Assembly: GCA_977030845.1 (NCBI GenBank)
Contig: OZ365112.1
Coordinates: forward strand, 12,028,001-12,092,000
Length of the DNA stretch: 64,000 nucleotides
Direction: 5' to 3'
DNA from: Fimbriosthenelais zetlandica
Lineage: Eukaryota
A program made the position numbers and the translations under genes. Position 1 is the stretch's first letter, and the number at the start of each line of letters is the position of its first letter. Positions 35,801 through 48,404 of this stretch are shown piece by piece. The notes beneath the pieces were generated by a model. That model did not search any database, was not told the DNA's origin, and worked only from the letters and a program-made list of their open reading frames with translations.

Positions 35801-38800
35801 GCACTTCCTTACTGCCGATTAAAGGTCTCATTAGATATTACAGACTCGTCCATCATCCAACATTTTCAGTCTGGCCTTCCGCCAGCCACGGATGACATAA
35901 TCGGAAAAAACCATGAGTTAAAGTTTTCAGGATATGAAGGTCTTGGCTTCATTATGCTTCCTCTAACCCCCTGGCTTAGTCGATCTATTCTGCTACTCCA
36001 AGCTGAAGCTTCTTCATAACTTCCTTGCAGCTCATGTTTAGCTCTCCTTTGCCTTTTTCATCTAATTTCATTCATATTCCTTCTTGCTCCCTAACATAAA
36101 TTCACCCTAACGACATTCACTGCTCTTTCCTTGCCAGCGATGTGGTGACATTTTCATATACTACTCATAATTGATTTGTAAGTAGTATGGATAATAGTTC
36201 ATTTGTCCCGGTTAAACTTGGTGAATACCTTTGTATACATTGCTATGAGCAGGGTTATACCCAATCGTTATACCCAATCATACAAATTACAATGTAAACG
36301 AACAATCCAAGGGAACTATAACAAAACTCATAAAATGCATATATATGAGAGTTTCTCCTGCTTTCACTGCTAAATACAGTTTATTGTACGTACTATCGGA
36401 TTCTTCCTCATGTTCCCCTCAGGATCCCCTCTCTCTCCTCGTCTTCTCCTCCTATATAGGAGAATCTCCCTACCATTTAAGTGAATTGCCATCTAAACCT
36501 GTAGGCAGAATAAATCCCTTCTCCCTCTTCATCATCCCCTTATCTCCCCCGGCCTAAATCTGGCCTCAACCTTCCACTGATTGTATGCTTCGCTGAGTGT
36601 GTCCATTGGCTCCCGGCCCAATCTCACAGATGACACGTACATAACAAAACCCTTTTTTTCTCCCTCCCCTCTTCATATAACACTCATTGTTTCTGGCCCT
36701 CTTTCTTTTCAGATCCAATTCGCCCGACTCATTCCGCCGCAGTAAAACCGACCTAATGCGCTCTGTAACCATGGATATGATTTCTATTGAAACGGAAATG
36801 ACGTCAGTGGAAGCTGTCCAACCAGAAAGCTCAGATGATAGCCTCTCATACACCGGAAGTGTGTCTACCCTTCACAGCCAGCATTTGGTGGGTCCCAGCC
36901 ACCATACAGAGAGGTTTAAGTGAGTATTATATGACATGATTACATTATTTTTCCCTTATAGTCAAAAACATTGGATCAAGTAGGCCATAATCACAGTTTA
37001 TGGGATTTGGGTCCATATGTCACTAATGAACTGTGATCGGTGGATATAGTTTTAAGTGGAAATGCTTTCTCTTTGAGAAGTTCTAAAGGACATTGGATGA
37101 AAGATTTGTGGCCCTTATAAATGTAATGTATAATACATATGACAATAGCGTTCATACTGTATGAAATGTTTTTGAATGAGCTTCCATGCAATATGCATCT
37201 ATCTCGGGATCTATCTATCTGCAGATGGTTCATGTACCTTCATGTTAAGCATTGACATATATGAAAGATTAGTACAGTGGGAAAGGTGCATTGCATTTGA
37301 AAAGCATATGGCCAAAATTACAAGAATTGTGTTCAAAGTTCCTCTGTGTGAGATCATATTGCAGATACCCCCTATTTTAGTGTTATAGCAGTCCGCAAAG
37401 AGGGAGCTAGCTGTTAAAAACCTCATATGCAAAGCTTCTTCAGCTTATTGTTAACAATATGCAGGGAAGCTTCTTTGATACTTTTGGTGATTTACCCCTC
37501 GAATATGTTAATATACTGTATAGAAGCGTATTGTTATGACCAGATACAGACGAGCAGACAGAAATGTCTCCAGTATGTGAATTCACTGTGAAGGCTTATT
37601 ATTATGACCGAATACAGCTTACAGCAGACACAAATGCCATGCACACATTTGAACCACCAATAGATTTAGCCTAGAATTCTCCTGGCGTAGTCCTGGTTAC
37701 TTCTATTCTCTCCCTTGCTGATGAATGTTTCCGTGCATGGAATGTCTGTAGGTTATAATATACTAGGCCATATTTGATAAAGCCAGGCTGCTGTTGTTAA
37801 ACTCAGTCCCAACTTATTCAGGCCTCCTAGCACTCGTATTTTGCTGACTCCTTCCTACACCTAGTCCTACTTTTTGAATCTCAAATGTCACTTAAGTAGT
37901 CGCGAAATACTCGCCTACTTCCTGCTCCATTAAGTCTGTGCATTACACTTTTCGCCTAAATTACCACTCCTACTTTTTCAATATTACATGTCCTACTTTT
38001 TTTGTTGGCAGAATACTTCCAAATCTTTTTTAAAACTTTTTCTGAGAGAGAATCTCACTGCTTGTTTCTTCCATTTCGAAGGAAACGACAACAAATTACA
38101 AAAAAAGAGACAGAGACAGACAAAGATGTGAAGGTAGAATTGCATTTTACCACCAATCACAGAGAGCCTAGTGATAGTTGATATTTCTGATTTCATGGTG
38201 TAGAGATCAAGTCTTGCTCGTCAGTTCCTCTCCACTCTCCGTGCGATTACACACGTCGCGACAGCAGACGACTATCCCAGCCCATTGATCTCCTCTCTCC
38301 TATATAGTTTTCCCCACCCAGTGGCGCAGACATAAACTTTACAAGCGACACTCTCCAGTGGAGTGTAATGGCGAACAAAAAAGGCAAGACGGTTTGCTTT
38401 AGGGTGTCAGGGTCTTTAATTTAGATGTAGTAGAGCAGTGTTAGGGGTAGGATAATAGTAAGATTGTTATCGAGGGTGAAGGCAGGAAGAATCTACTTCT
38501 CTTTTCACGCTTATTTGCCGTATGTCCAATCTGGTAAGACTTGGGGATCACATTCCTCCTGTGATCACGTGAGTACACCACGTGACTGTCACGTGATAAG
38601 ACCCCAGCACCAGGCGGAGAATTGTTCACTCTTTGAATATATTTTTTGTTGGATACAAGGTGATTTAATTCCATTATTGGATTAAGCCCTGCCTAATAAA
38701 TCATTGTATAGTCCTTTCTGCTCGAAAGGCCCTGCTCGAAAGGCCTCACGAAAAAAGATTATAACTTTTATTTGTCTCGACTCAGAGAAGTAGTAGGTTC

Positions 38801-41800
38801 TTGCACGTCCTAGCATCTCCTTTAACACATTATAAGAATTTGAAAAGATATCATGGACATTTCACGGTAAAATCTAACAAATTCATTACAAGCATCATAT
38901 TAGATTGATAGGCAAGTGGGGAAGCGTCAGATCATGAATTTGGGTATGAAATTGCAGAATCTATTTCTTTGTATTAGTGTACTATATGTGGCTATACACG
39001 AGTATAATAGGAATGTATGGGGAACACTAAAGCACTGATATAGTGTAGCTGTGATCTGATAGACTGTACGATAGTCGGGGTATCTGCTGGCAGGCAGAAA
39101 CAGGAAGCTGACCCCAGGCTTGATGGCGATTTGATATGATTGTGACTTTTATGGAAGTCGACAGAGGGCATCGAGGTATGGTGACAGCCGCCCCCAGGGC
39201 TGAGACAGTAGGCCTTGGTGGCTGAGAGGGTGGCGGGAAGGGCTGGGGTTATGTCTTTCAGAGCAGAACTTGCTGACTAGATATTGACAAAATCTGCTAA
39301 TGCACTTTTTTGCAATATCTTTATCCTGCTTCCTTTATTTCTTCCCTCTAGAATTTCTTTTAGGAAAGATGTATCCCTGAAATCTGTCGATACATATTTA
39401 AAGAAAAAAAAGCCCTACATATCAATGCATTAGTTTTATTTCGCGGCGCATTTATTTTCGTGCATGGCTTTTTAAAAGGTCATCCAAAGACCAATTGAAA
39501 TGAAAGTAGCCAACCTATATAACGTTTTTCTTCTCACACATAAAGCCTTTTTGATCAGTCATATGATATGACTTTTCAGTCAAGGTTACGAGCATGACGA
39601 GCCTGAAGTCGATGATCCACTCTGCCGGCAGGGGGCAGGTCGGTTAGCTTACCAACTAGAGTATAGCCCCACACAGGAGGAGCTTACTATAAACGTTATC
39701 AAAGCCAAACATCTCATAGGTGGGTATCTCAATTTGCCATTCACTTCTTCAGAATTTTACACAGCCTAGTACCTTTATCATTGAATATAAAAAAAAAATT
39801 TAACATCAATTGTATGGATCGTCCTTCTCCGCCCATTGCTGCTAACTGTAATGTCAAATGAAGGTCATGCTTCCAACTATCTATGGAGACCGCACCGTTC
39901 AAGAAGGACAGTCCTCTACATGTTTTCTTCTCGTCCTGAGATGGCTTAAGAATAGCTGTTTAATGTTAAACAAATATTCCCCCCGTTAATTTTAATTTGG
40001 GGCATGCCACAAACTATTACTCTAAATTTATTGGATTGAATGAAATAATATTAACAATTTCCTTTCCTTTTGTAATTAAATACAATTTATTACTGGAATG
40101 ACCTCCATTAATTAACCGTCCTTGTTTTTGTACCATTTCCAGGAAGGCCACCCAATAACTCACCCAGAGATCCATTTGTTAAAGTTTCCTTGCTTCCTTA
40201 TGGGAAGAACTCCCACAAAACAAGAGTCGTCCAGCGGACGTTAGAACCGGTGTTTAACGACTCCCTCACGTTCAGGGTAAGTTACACATAGTATAGAGAA
40301 TCACACATAACCCTATGAGTAAAGAGCAAATCTAGATAGTGGAGTACACCTTGTCCATGCAATGTGAAATGTTAGAATGACATCATGTATACTCTTGTTT
40401 TTTTAGGTGGGACGATATGAAATTGAAGATTGTTATCTAAAACTATCAGTATACGACATTGATAGACGGCGGGTCCGTCATACGTTAGGTCATGCTTTTG
40501 TGCAGCTTTCCAATGAAGTCATCAGTTTAGGTGAAGTTTGCTGGGCTGAACTGCGGCCCGCGGCCCGGACGCAGGTGAGCTGCCTTCACAATATGCGCCA
40601 ATGGGTCCTCTGGGCAAAAAACTAAACCTGGGGCTATGTCTTTATATACAGAGGGCAGATGTTGGCATTTCAGGGCTTTCCAGTATGTCTTAAATGTTGG
40701 GTTTTAGGGAAATTTCGTGTCTGTATATCCCCATATTGATTTTTCTCGAAATATCTTCTTTAACGTTAGCACGTTAGAAAGGGAGAAAAGGGAACAAATG
40801 AGGTGGCCATTTGAAGCGGTATAAGCTAGTCCTGAAACTGGAAATCATTCAGAATTTATATTATTTTAATTAATATCATTTCATTGAAGTACTCCTATAA
40901 TGGTTTCAATATTAATTTCTTATTGAGGTCCGGCGAGATTTAGGCCAGATGCAGGTGACCCTGACACTGCTTTCTGATGAGGAGCAGCTCCAGCTGATGG
41001 TGAGCAATCTAAGTGGTCTCAACAGACTCCAGCTGGGCTGCAATGAAGGTGAGAAAAGCTTGATGACATGCTTAATGGATTCACCTCAACATGAATATTC
41101 ATAATGATGTGTCCTAAGGTTTTTTCCGACAATTCAGCATCCTGATGGCATTGTATGACTAGGATTATCCATTGTCCATGCAGTTAAGCAGTTTTGCATT
41201 GTCACACCATATTAACACAAATTAGTCTCTAATGTGATGGCCTACCGGTACCATTTCTATTGCAGACAAAGTGGCCATGCATTACACTCGTGAAAATTTC
41301 TGATTCACTAAAAGATCCACTGGCTTTTTTGTTCTGGTTGCACCAAATTCACATACATTATCCAAAAGCCCAGGATAACAAAACTATTTCACCACACATA
41401 GATTTATAAGCTTTATGCCTGGTAAATATAGTTGCCATTTTATGGCATAATTTTACAGGAGGGTGGACTAGCTTGTTCTAGGACATTAAGTCCTGCCTTC
41501 TCTCCTTGTCAGGTATGCTCGCCTCCGCCACTCTCTTCCATGCATCACGTCCTCTAATGTGCCGCAAAACGGCCATGGTTTACGACGTTGGTTATCAAGG
41601 TCAACCGACGCTGGCGGAAGTGCTGACGTTCCAAGTTCCGGTTCGTCAACTCGAGGCTTGCAGGTCAGAATAACAACTCAACCTATTTGCGTCATTTTTC
41701 CATCACTTTCATGTATTTTTTGCGCTTGAGTTGAGCTATAGATTTTCCTTTATGGCTCTATCGCAACATGAATATGAATATCCATCAAGTTCGGAAAGGT

Positions 41801-43103
41801 TCTCCCCACAAGAAGCTCCATTATATTCACTTGAGTTTTCTTTTCAAGGGATTGGGCACTGTGGCATAATGAATTATAAACGAGTCATATGGGAAGAAAT
41901 AGGGACATTACACAGTCCAATATCTACTGGAAAATGTCACATCCCCCTCTTAAGTCACTCTTGCTAATTAAATCAAACCAAAATGTCATCCAATGCCTTA
42001 CAAGGCTGAAGATGAAGATTAAGCCGTCTCATATATCTCTATAATTTTTTATTGACATTCATGATTAAGTTTCATTATTCAAAAATTCTACCTTCAAACT
42101 CTGCCATTAGAGATCCTAGATGAATCATAGTATAAAAAAAACCTTCAAAGGGCTCTAAATATTTTACAGCAGCTTCGGTGCTGAAATTTAATCAGGGGAA
42201 TAGACGGATTTTATAAGGAAAATGTCGGGGGAGACAAGACCTTTTTACTCTGCTCTTTGAGTTATCACTCCTTTGATAGTTCATATATTTCACGTGTCGG
42301 ATCTCTTTACAAACTTTGTCTGAACTCTAATTTAGTTAGTGCCTCCTGTGTACATGATCCCGCATAGCAATATATTCATTATTACATTGTCCGACAGCCG
42401 CTCCTGGTTATGTGAGTTTACGAGGCGTAACCCTGGAGAGGGATGAAAAAGTCCAGGGAAAAGCTAGAGGCGGGCAAAAAACGGCCATAAACGGGTTAAG
42501 CTGGCGGGAGTGGTGATCGATAGATCATGTTAGCTTGTCACAGTGTTGATTTACAGTCAAAGGGCTACGTTGCCTGCATGTTAACACCACAATGGCTGCG
42601 GGTCCGGGGTGGGAGGAGGCCACCATGCCTCAACTACTACTTGTCTACATTGGATGCAGTTGATATGGGAAATGGAGGCGGGGGGAAAGCGATAGGGGCG
42701 CGAGGGGCAATATGTTTGATATAATATAGAACAAATGTAATTACTGCCGTCTGTTTATGCCTGAATATATCTGGTGAGTGGTAAATTCATTGACATTTTA
42801 ATTTAGCTAATTTGATTTCGAATTAAATTGATTTGTATATCAGATTCACTATTATGTATCATATTTCATTTTAGATTTCCCATTTATCTTTTAAGGATTG
42901 AAGTAAAACTGGAGATTGTGTCTGCTGTTCCTGGAAACACCCTCCCTCCCGTGGAATATGGACATGTGGGCGTTGGTTCACACCACTGTAGCCAGGGGGC
43001 GGGGGTAAACCACTGGAGTGTGATGGCGAGGGAGGCTGGGAGAGCCGTCACTTTCTGGCACAGGATAGAACCTCCACACATAGACACTTCACCCCTAAAT
43101 TAA
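11808..43103 (+). CDS. Synaptotagmin-15-like membrane protein (single TM, tandem C2A/C2B); 10-exon model, 1554 nt, 517 aa
   Basis: Exons 11808-11881, 12421-12590, 21082-21262, 36713-36919, 39580-39719, 40143-40276, 40407-40574, 40928-41048, 41513-41663, 42896-43103. Every junction is phase-compatible and the frame is open. C2A: GRLAYQLEYSPTQEELTINVIKAKHL...DPFVKVSLLP...KLSVYDIDRRRVRHTLGHA. C2B ends NHWSVMAREAGRAVTFWHRI. The SYT15-like call rests on the YDIDRRRVRHTLG loop and loss of Ca2+ ligands; exact orthology needs a tree. The first two exons are less certain than the rest. Confidence 0.85.
12421..12590 (+). CDS. Probable luminal exon of the synaptotagmin-like gene (TTGVAYNYTRVVRPPAGRMAPGLNGSVF...GIFPN)
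   Basis: ccctctcccctag| acceptor, AATG|gtaagc donor in phase 1 matching the TM exon; GC-rich; two N-x-S/T sequons (NYT, NGS). Confidence 0.7.
21082..21262 (+). CDS. Transmembrane exon (GGVGLVLGLALGAAAGGLLLVMSVFAVLLKKWYG...SAPNT)
   Basis: tgtcatttcag| acceptor, AAG|gtaaga donor; hydrophobic run followed by a basic KKW stop-transfer segment. Confidence 0.88.
32332..32415. repeat. C17 homopolymer followed by a CT-rich low-complexity tract
   Basis: 17 consecutive C at 32332-32348, then an almost purely pyrimidine stretch. Confidence 0.9.
36254..36279. repeat. Perfect 13-bp tandem duplication (GTTATACCCAATC x2)
   Basis: Read directly from the sequence. Confidence 0.9.
36713..36919 (+). CDS. Cytoplasmic linker exon (SNSPDSFRRSKTDLMRSVTMDMISIETEM...HHTERF)
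   Basis: ctttcttttcag| acceptor; TTTAA|gtgagt donor; phase 2 at both ends. Confidence 0.85.
38565..38596. promoter_or_regulatory. Cluster of three canonical CACGTG E-boxes
   Basis: CACGTG at 38566-38571, 38579-38584 and 38590-38595, in an intron of the synaptotagmin-like gene. Confidence 0.55.
38718..38745. repeat. Perfect 14-bp tandem duplication (CTGCTCGAAAGGCC x2)
   Basis: Read directly from the sequence. Confidence 0.9.
39580..39719 (+). CDS. C2A exon 1 (QGYEHDEPEVDDPLCRQGAGRLAYQLEYSPTQEELTINVIKAKHLI)
   Basis: acttttcag| acceptor, |gtgggt donor; C2 strands 1-2 pattern. Confidence 0.92.
40143..40276 (+). CDS. C2A exon 2 (GRPPNNSPRDPFVKVSLLPYGKNSHKTRVVQRTLEPVFNDSLTFR)
   Basis: catttccag| acceptor, |gtaagt donor; DPFVKV and KT..V...LEPVFN C2 motifs. 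Confidence 0.95.
40407..40574 (+). CDS. C2A exon 3 (VGRYEIEDCYLKLSVYDIDRRRVRHTLGHAFVQL...AARTQ)
   Basis: Matches ORF track 40407..40625; CAG|gtgagc donor. Confidence 0.95.
40928..41048 (+). CDS. C2B exon 1 (VRRDLGQMQVTLTLLSDEEQLQLMVSNLSGLNRLQLGCNE)
   Basis: Weak gag| acceptor, GAAG|gtgaga donor; LGQMQVTL fits C2B strand 1. Confidence 0.8.
41513..41663 (+). CDS. C2B exon 2 (GMLASATLFHASRPLMCRKTAMVYDVGYQGQPTLAEVLTFQVPVRQLEAC)
   Basis: ctctccttgtcag| acceptor, CAG|gtcaga donor. Confidence 0.88.
42896..43103 (+). CDS. Terminal C2B exon (RIEVKLEIVS...GVNHWSVMAREAGRAVTFWHRIEPPHIDTSPLN*)
   Basis: Matches ORF track 42828..43103; ttttaag| acceptor; HW..M......WH synaptotagmin C-terminal motif. Confidence 0.9.
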
Positions 43104-43327
43104 TCACATTATATCAAACATTTCAAAGTATATTTTATCAATTCTGTCTACACAAAGCCTTGTATGTACTGGACCGTTTTCTTGATGTTGGCTGGGCCCG
43201 TAAATTAGCCTAACCATAAGCAATTGACGGGTCGGCTGATGTATAGGTCCAGTATACATAAGGCTTAGAATTATATAATTATATACTGTAATGTAAAGTA
43301 CCTCTCGACTGAAAATCAGTCCAGAGC

Positions 43328-43333
43328 AATAAA
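43328..43333 (+). terminator. Candidate AATAAA polyadenylation signal of the synaptotagmin-like gene
   Basis: AATAAA about 225 nt after the stop; further copies lie downstream. Confidence 0.4.
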
Positions 43334-46300
43334 TATCAAGTTAATATTTGCTTAAAATGGAAATTATTAAAGACATTAAATAAACCCTCCATTAGATAAA
43401 TGATGGTCAGAAGAACAGGGTAAAACTTGAATGTTTTAGTTAGGAATGATATCCATTTAAAACACTGAACAAGTGGGGTTATGCTATTTTGGGGATATAA
43501 TATTTCAAGGTCTTTGTACGATCAGAGTGTAGACTCTCTGGTATGATACAGGGCTATAAAATATTTATAAAATGTATATATTTTATCATAGAAATACAAT
43601 TTCATTCTGTTAATTAATATGTTTGAATGAATCCAACCATACATTTAACCTTGAGGCTATGTACATAATGCAGATCTTCAACTTTAATTTTGAGATTTTA
43701 AGGGGATGGCCTCCTGATTTGCTATTAAAGATCATACCTGAGCTTATTGCTTAAGAATAGAATGACGGTTTTGTAGTTGGTGTTGATATGAAACTTGTGG
43801 AAATAAAGGGAGGATTTGTAGGTCTTTATTCTCGGTACCACCCACCCAGGCTGGCAGAAAGCAGACCTTAGTCTGAAAGCCAGACTGCTAATTGAAACAA
43901 ATATGACTTCTTATAACATTCAAGTCACATCCAATTTGTACAGTTACCCCATATAAATGATACATAAAGGGATATAACTTGTCCGATTATAATGATTCAT
44001 AGTGCTATGAACATTATATTATTTGTATATTTTAGCATATCCTGTCAAATTATGTACATAATGCATAGTCATCTTCTATATTTCACTGATGATGGATTTT
44101 ACTGGATATATTAAAAGATTTTAATTGGTGCATGCATGCTTACATTAATTATTTACTGCGCATTGAAAATTTTCTCTTTACTTAATTCTACTTATATTAT
44201 GAAAGTATATTTGTATAAGAAGGTGTTTGTCAGTGAAATTTATCTCGTCATTGAATATAGATCTATACATATTTCAAATGTGTAAATTTCTTTTGCAGTT
44301 CATTTTAATTCAATTGTCACGGCACGTTTTGAAAGTGAATATTACCTGCTTGTTAATTCAACTTGTAATATGATGAAACTTGAGGAAATTGTAAACTGAT
44401 CAGAAGATTGAATTTTCATGTCTCAATCATATCGATTCACGTCCATCATACACTCTTTCTCCTCTTACCGACCGTACTCTTACTTTTCAATCACCAAGTA
44501 AATGAATTCCAATTAAGATTTAATCCATTTTCATTTTCCCCTGACATAATCTCATTAAGCTTCTCAGTCTGACTCTGGTAAATGATAAAGGGATATCATT
44601 TCATATCTTCTCTCTCTATTCCCATCTCCAGCCCGCTTGTTATCTCATACAAGATCCCATACCTTTCCAATGGATTTCCAATATTGAGACATTGAGTTTT
44701 GATATACATTTTCCATATTCATTCCCAGTAATGTATTTTCTTGTCTTGTGAGAAGGTTTGAGTGCATATTGTTTCTCAGAATTGCACGCCATAATAATCT
44801 GTGTGAAGCTCTGTGAGAGTATAAACTAAAGTAGCAATACTCATATACATTATATTGAGATGTCTTTCAGGCATAAGGCCAGTAAGAAAATAAAAGTTGT
44901 TAATTCCACAATATTATTTTTATCAATTATCAGATACATGTACAGAAAAAGGCCATCTACTATTTACATTGCTTAGTTCCCTATGCTATCAATTATCTTG
45001 CTTTTTCCATAGCTCTGCGACTGTGTTGAAATGAATGGAAGTGAACAAGTGTAAGGGATTCATTCTGAATGACGTCCTTTCCTTCCCTTATTAAGCCCCA
45101 GCAGACCACACTTGGCTGGAGAAGTGATCTGGAATACAAGACTCGGTAAACTGATAATACTCACTGGGGCATTGGTGGGAATAAAACCAACACCATGCAT
45201 CACTTAACTCTACTTCATTAAGTACTTTACCAGATTGTTTCCCCGCCAGAAAATATGGTACTGGGCATGGGAAAAAAATCCAATTGGATTTCCATTCAAT
45301 CTTTTAAACCACTTATCATGATCAAACTTGAATCTGGGAGGACAGGCAATGGAGAAATGCCATTTGAGTTAAGTTGCTTACGACTATGGGACACGCCTTC
45401 TGTTTAGCCTAAAAAAGGCTTCCCCTCGTAAATTGCTATCTGTTGACACAGGTTTTATTGCTGCACGTCTATTTTAAAGACAAACTAAACTAATTCCGAT
45501 GGCCCGATGACAGTAGGTCAGAGCTCCATGTCAGAGTGCATGTTAAAATGCTTGAATGGATCTGAATGACACCTGGGTCAATGCATGGTACAATTAAGCT
45601 CATATACTACTTACAAATTATCAGATTTCTGGCCACTTTTCCTATGTATGAGCCATCAAATTATAAGCCATAAATTACCGATGAAATCCCCATCTGAATC
45701 CACATTGCCATTTTTGTTGTCTCTCGGGTCAAGTTTTTCTTCAATCTTTGACATTTTCTCCGGTCCCATAGCATTTTATGTCTGATATTCAGCAAAATTT
45801 ATGTGGTTTGTGTCATTTACATTCCTGGCTTATAACCTTTATACTGGTTCTATAGTACTGACGGGTTAAAATGCTGACTCAGAGATATGGACACAGATCG
45901 TCGTTATAACACAGGCCATCATAGCGATCCGTTCCATTCACATTGAAGTCTAGAGGAAAATTCAGAGACACTTTCTTTGATGCAATGAATGTACTTATGG
46001 GAAGGTACAGTTTAACAGAAGACACTCTGGTAGGGGAAAGGAAGTCCCCTCCCCTCCCCCAACCCACAGAAATATGTGTCGAAAACCTCCCTTAGAATTG
46101 GAGCAAAAAATGGGATGTTTAAAATTTATAAATAAATAAATATTAAATAAGCAATCCAGCCATGCTCTATACAGTTGGGCTCTAGTACAGAGGGTTTCAG
46201 TACTCTATCGTTGGACTTTATGTTCCAAGGTACCTAATGACAGATAATTGCAAGTCTTTAGAGTTAATTCTTTAAGGAGGGTAATCTTAAGTAATTCAGG

Positions 46301-48052
46301 CTATTATTTTAGATTCAAAAACAGAGTACCTTATATCCTAATCTCTATAGAGGAGGAAGTAGATAGGAGAAGGAGGTAAGCTGTGCGTGTCAATTATAAA
46401 CTCCAGTATATCCTCATGGTCACGAAGTCTCTCTCTCTCCATCCTCCAAAATGGCGGAGTTATAAGCATGAGGACAGATGACGAAGCTAATAAGTAGCTA
46501 GAGAGTTTGCGGCCAAGACTATCCACACACGTGTTTCCTCCCAAATTGAGCTAAAGTAGAGAGATGGTAATCTAAGGTCAGACAGGCCCCAATCTAATTC
46601 AGGTCTATCAGTCATTGTTGCCCATATATTAAGGTGAATAAGGGTCTACGTTGACCAAGGTGCATTAGATTGAAACGCTAGTATCCTAATGAGCGATTAG
46701 GTTTTAAAATATTTTCAAATCAAAAACTAAGATGTTCCTTTCTTTGGATCACCTGCCGATAATTAAGGCCCATCCTCTTATATTTTCTTGCTCTGAGGTC
46801 ACAGAAATATTTCTCCTTGAATCAACTAGACCTACCCCTAAATAATCTTCATATTACACAACACTGCAGTATCCAAATAGAACTGAAGTTCCTTATTATA
46901 TTATAAGATGAATTACTGGAATATCTTCATAAAAATTAATCATTCTGTACTACTTATGCTTAATGTTTCTTTAGGCACATCAACTATCCCATATAACCTC
47001 ACACGGCCATTCATAAAAGCAAATTCTCCCACTCCCCTGACTAAAAAACGCAATTATCAATTACATTAGTCATTTACAGAACTCAAACACAGTCTCTAAA
47101 CAAAGACTGTACGCCTCTAATCAGCATCAATAAAAAGAAAATAGAAATGTCGGTATCTCCTTGTCTTGACCTTAGATGGAACTATTCTCACTCACTTGAT
47201 CCTTTCTGAAAATTCTATTTTTTGCTTTTCTCGCTAATCGTCCAGCCTCTCATCCCTCGCTATGATTAGGTCAATTATGAGGAACCTTTCTCACTGACAT
47301 TCAACTTTACAGCTGGCTGAATTGTACTTTCTCCTAATAGTGGACTTAATAGTTCACGGCTATAGTCTTCTAACATTCATCTGACACCAAATATAGCAAG
47401 TAAATCAAAGTTAATGCTTGTGAATTTGGTAAGAAAAATGTTATTATTCTGAGTTTTTTCAGAAGAAAATCCTCAATGTAACCTGAATTTACATCCCAGG
47501 CCTCAAGGTATAATTAGGAGGAATGGATGTAGTATCTTCTTGTTTCCTAGCTACTTGGATCCAGCTTTGTCATAATTCAACCCGACATGAGTAAGCCCAT
47601 GTGAAGAATACAGGCTTACTATTAGTACTTCATTTTATAGAATACACAAACCACACTCCATGAATGGGAAGCCATAATCAGATGATGACGGACTATTTAT
47701 AGTGTTGGCTTGATTAAAAGTTAACTTTCGTCACAATTAAGATGTCCCCACAGACTGTCATGCAAAAAAGAAGTCATTAACTTTAGCCGTAATGACAATG
47801 GCCCAGGCGAATGTCTCCTCTGGGAACCAAGTAAAGGCGCTGCCATGTACATCATTAGAAAATTATTATAGGACAGTTTTTTATATTTGTGTTGTAAAGA
47901 CAACGTTAATGAATAGGACCACATATCCAACCAATTTAGGCCTATACATTATTAACTTTTCAAAATGGATTTTACACTATCACTTGAATACAATACATTT
48001 GAGAAATGTGGAAAAAAAAGGTCTATTACAAGTATCTTCATCATAGCATCTT

Positions 48053-48058
48053 TTTATT
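48053..48058 (-). terminator. Candidate AATAAA polyadenylation signal of DRG2
   Basis: AATAAA on the minus strand about 260 nt after the stop codon. Confidence 0.45.
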
Positions 48059-48317
48059 CATCCATTTTGTATTCATGTCATATTTAGTTTCCACAACATG
48101 GGTTTACTTGATGTCAATGACTCAAAAAACTATAATTTCAATCGATTACACTGCAGCAAAAGATATTAAATTATTGAAAATAATGTATAAATCCATTCCA
48201 TTCAACAACATGAGAATAAATCATAAAGATGGGTATATTGGGTTTGGGGTGGGGAGAGTTGAATGACAAAGAAATTTTAGCAGAATTACATAGAGAAGAT
48301 TTAAGCATAAAACGTCA

Positions 48318-48404
48318 TCATTTCTTGACGACTTGTATGACGTCATCGTGGCACATCCGGTGAGTGAGTCCCACTCGTTGGGGATTGAATTTAACGCTTT
48401 GTCC
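48318..48404 (-). CDS. DRG2: DRG2 coding exon 13 ([28 protein letters not shown])
   Basis: Matches ORF track 48318..48551; tandem TGA TGA stop. Confidence 0.96.
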   Translation of the reverse strand, partial: GQSVKFNPQRVGLTHRMCHDDVIQVVKK

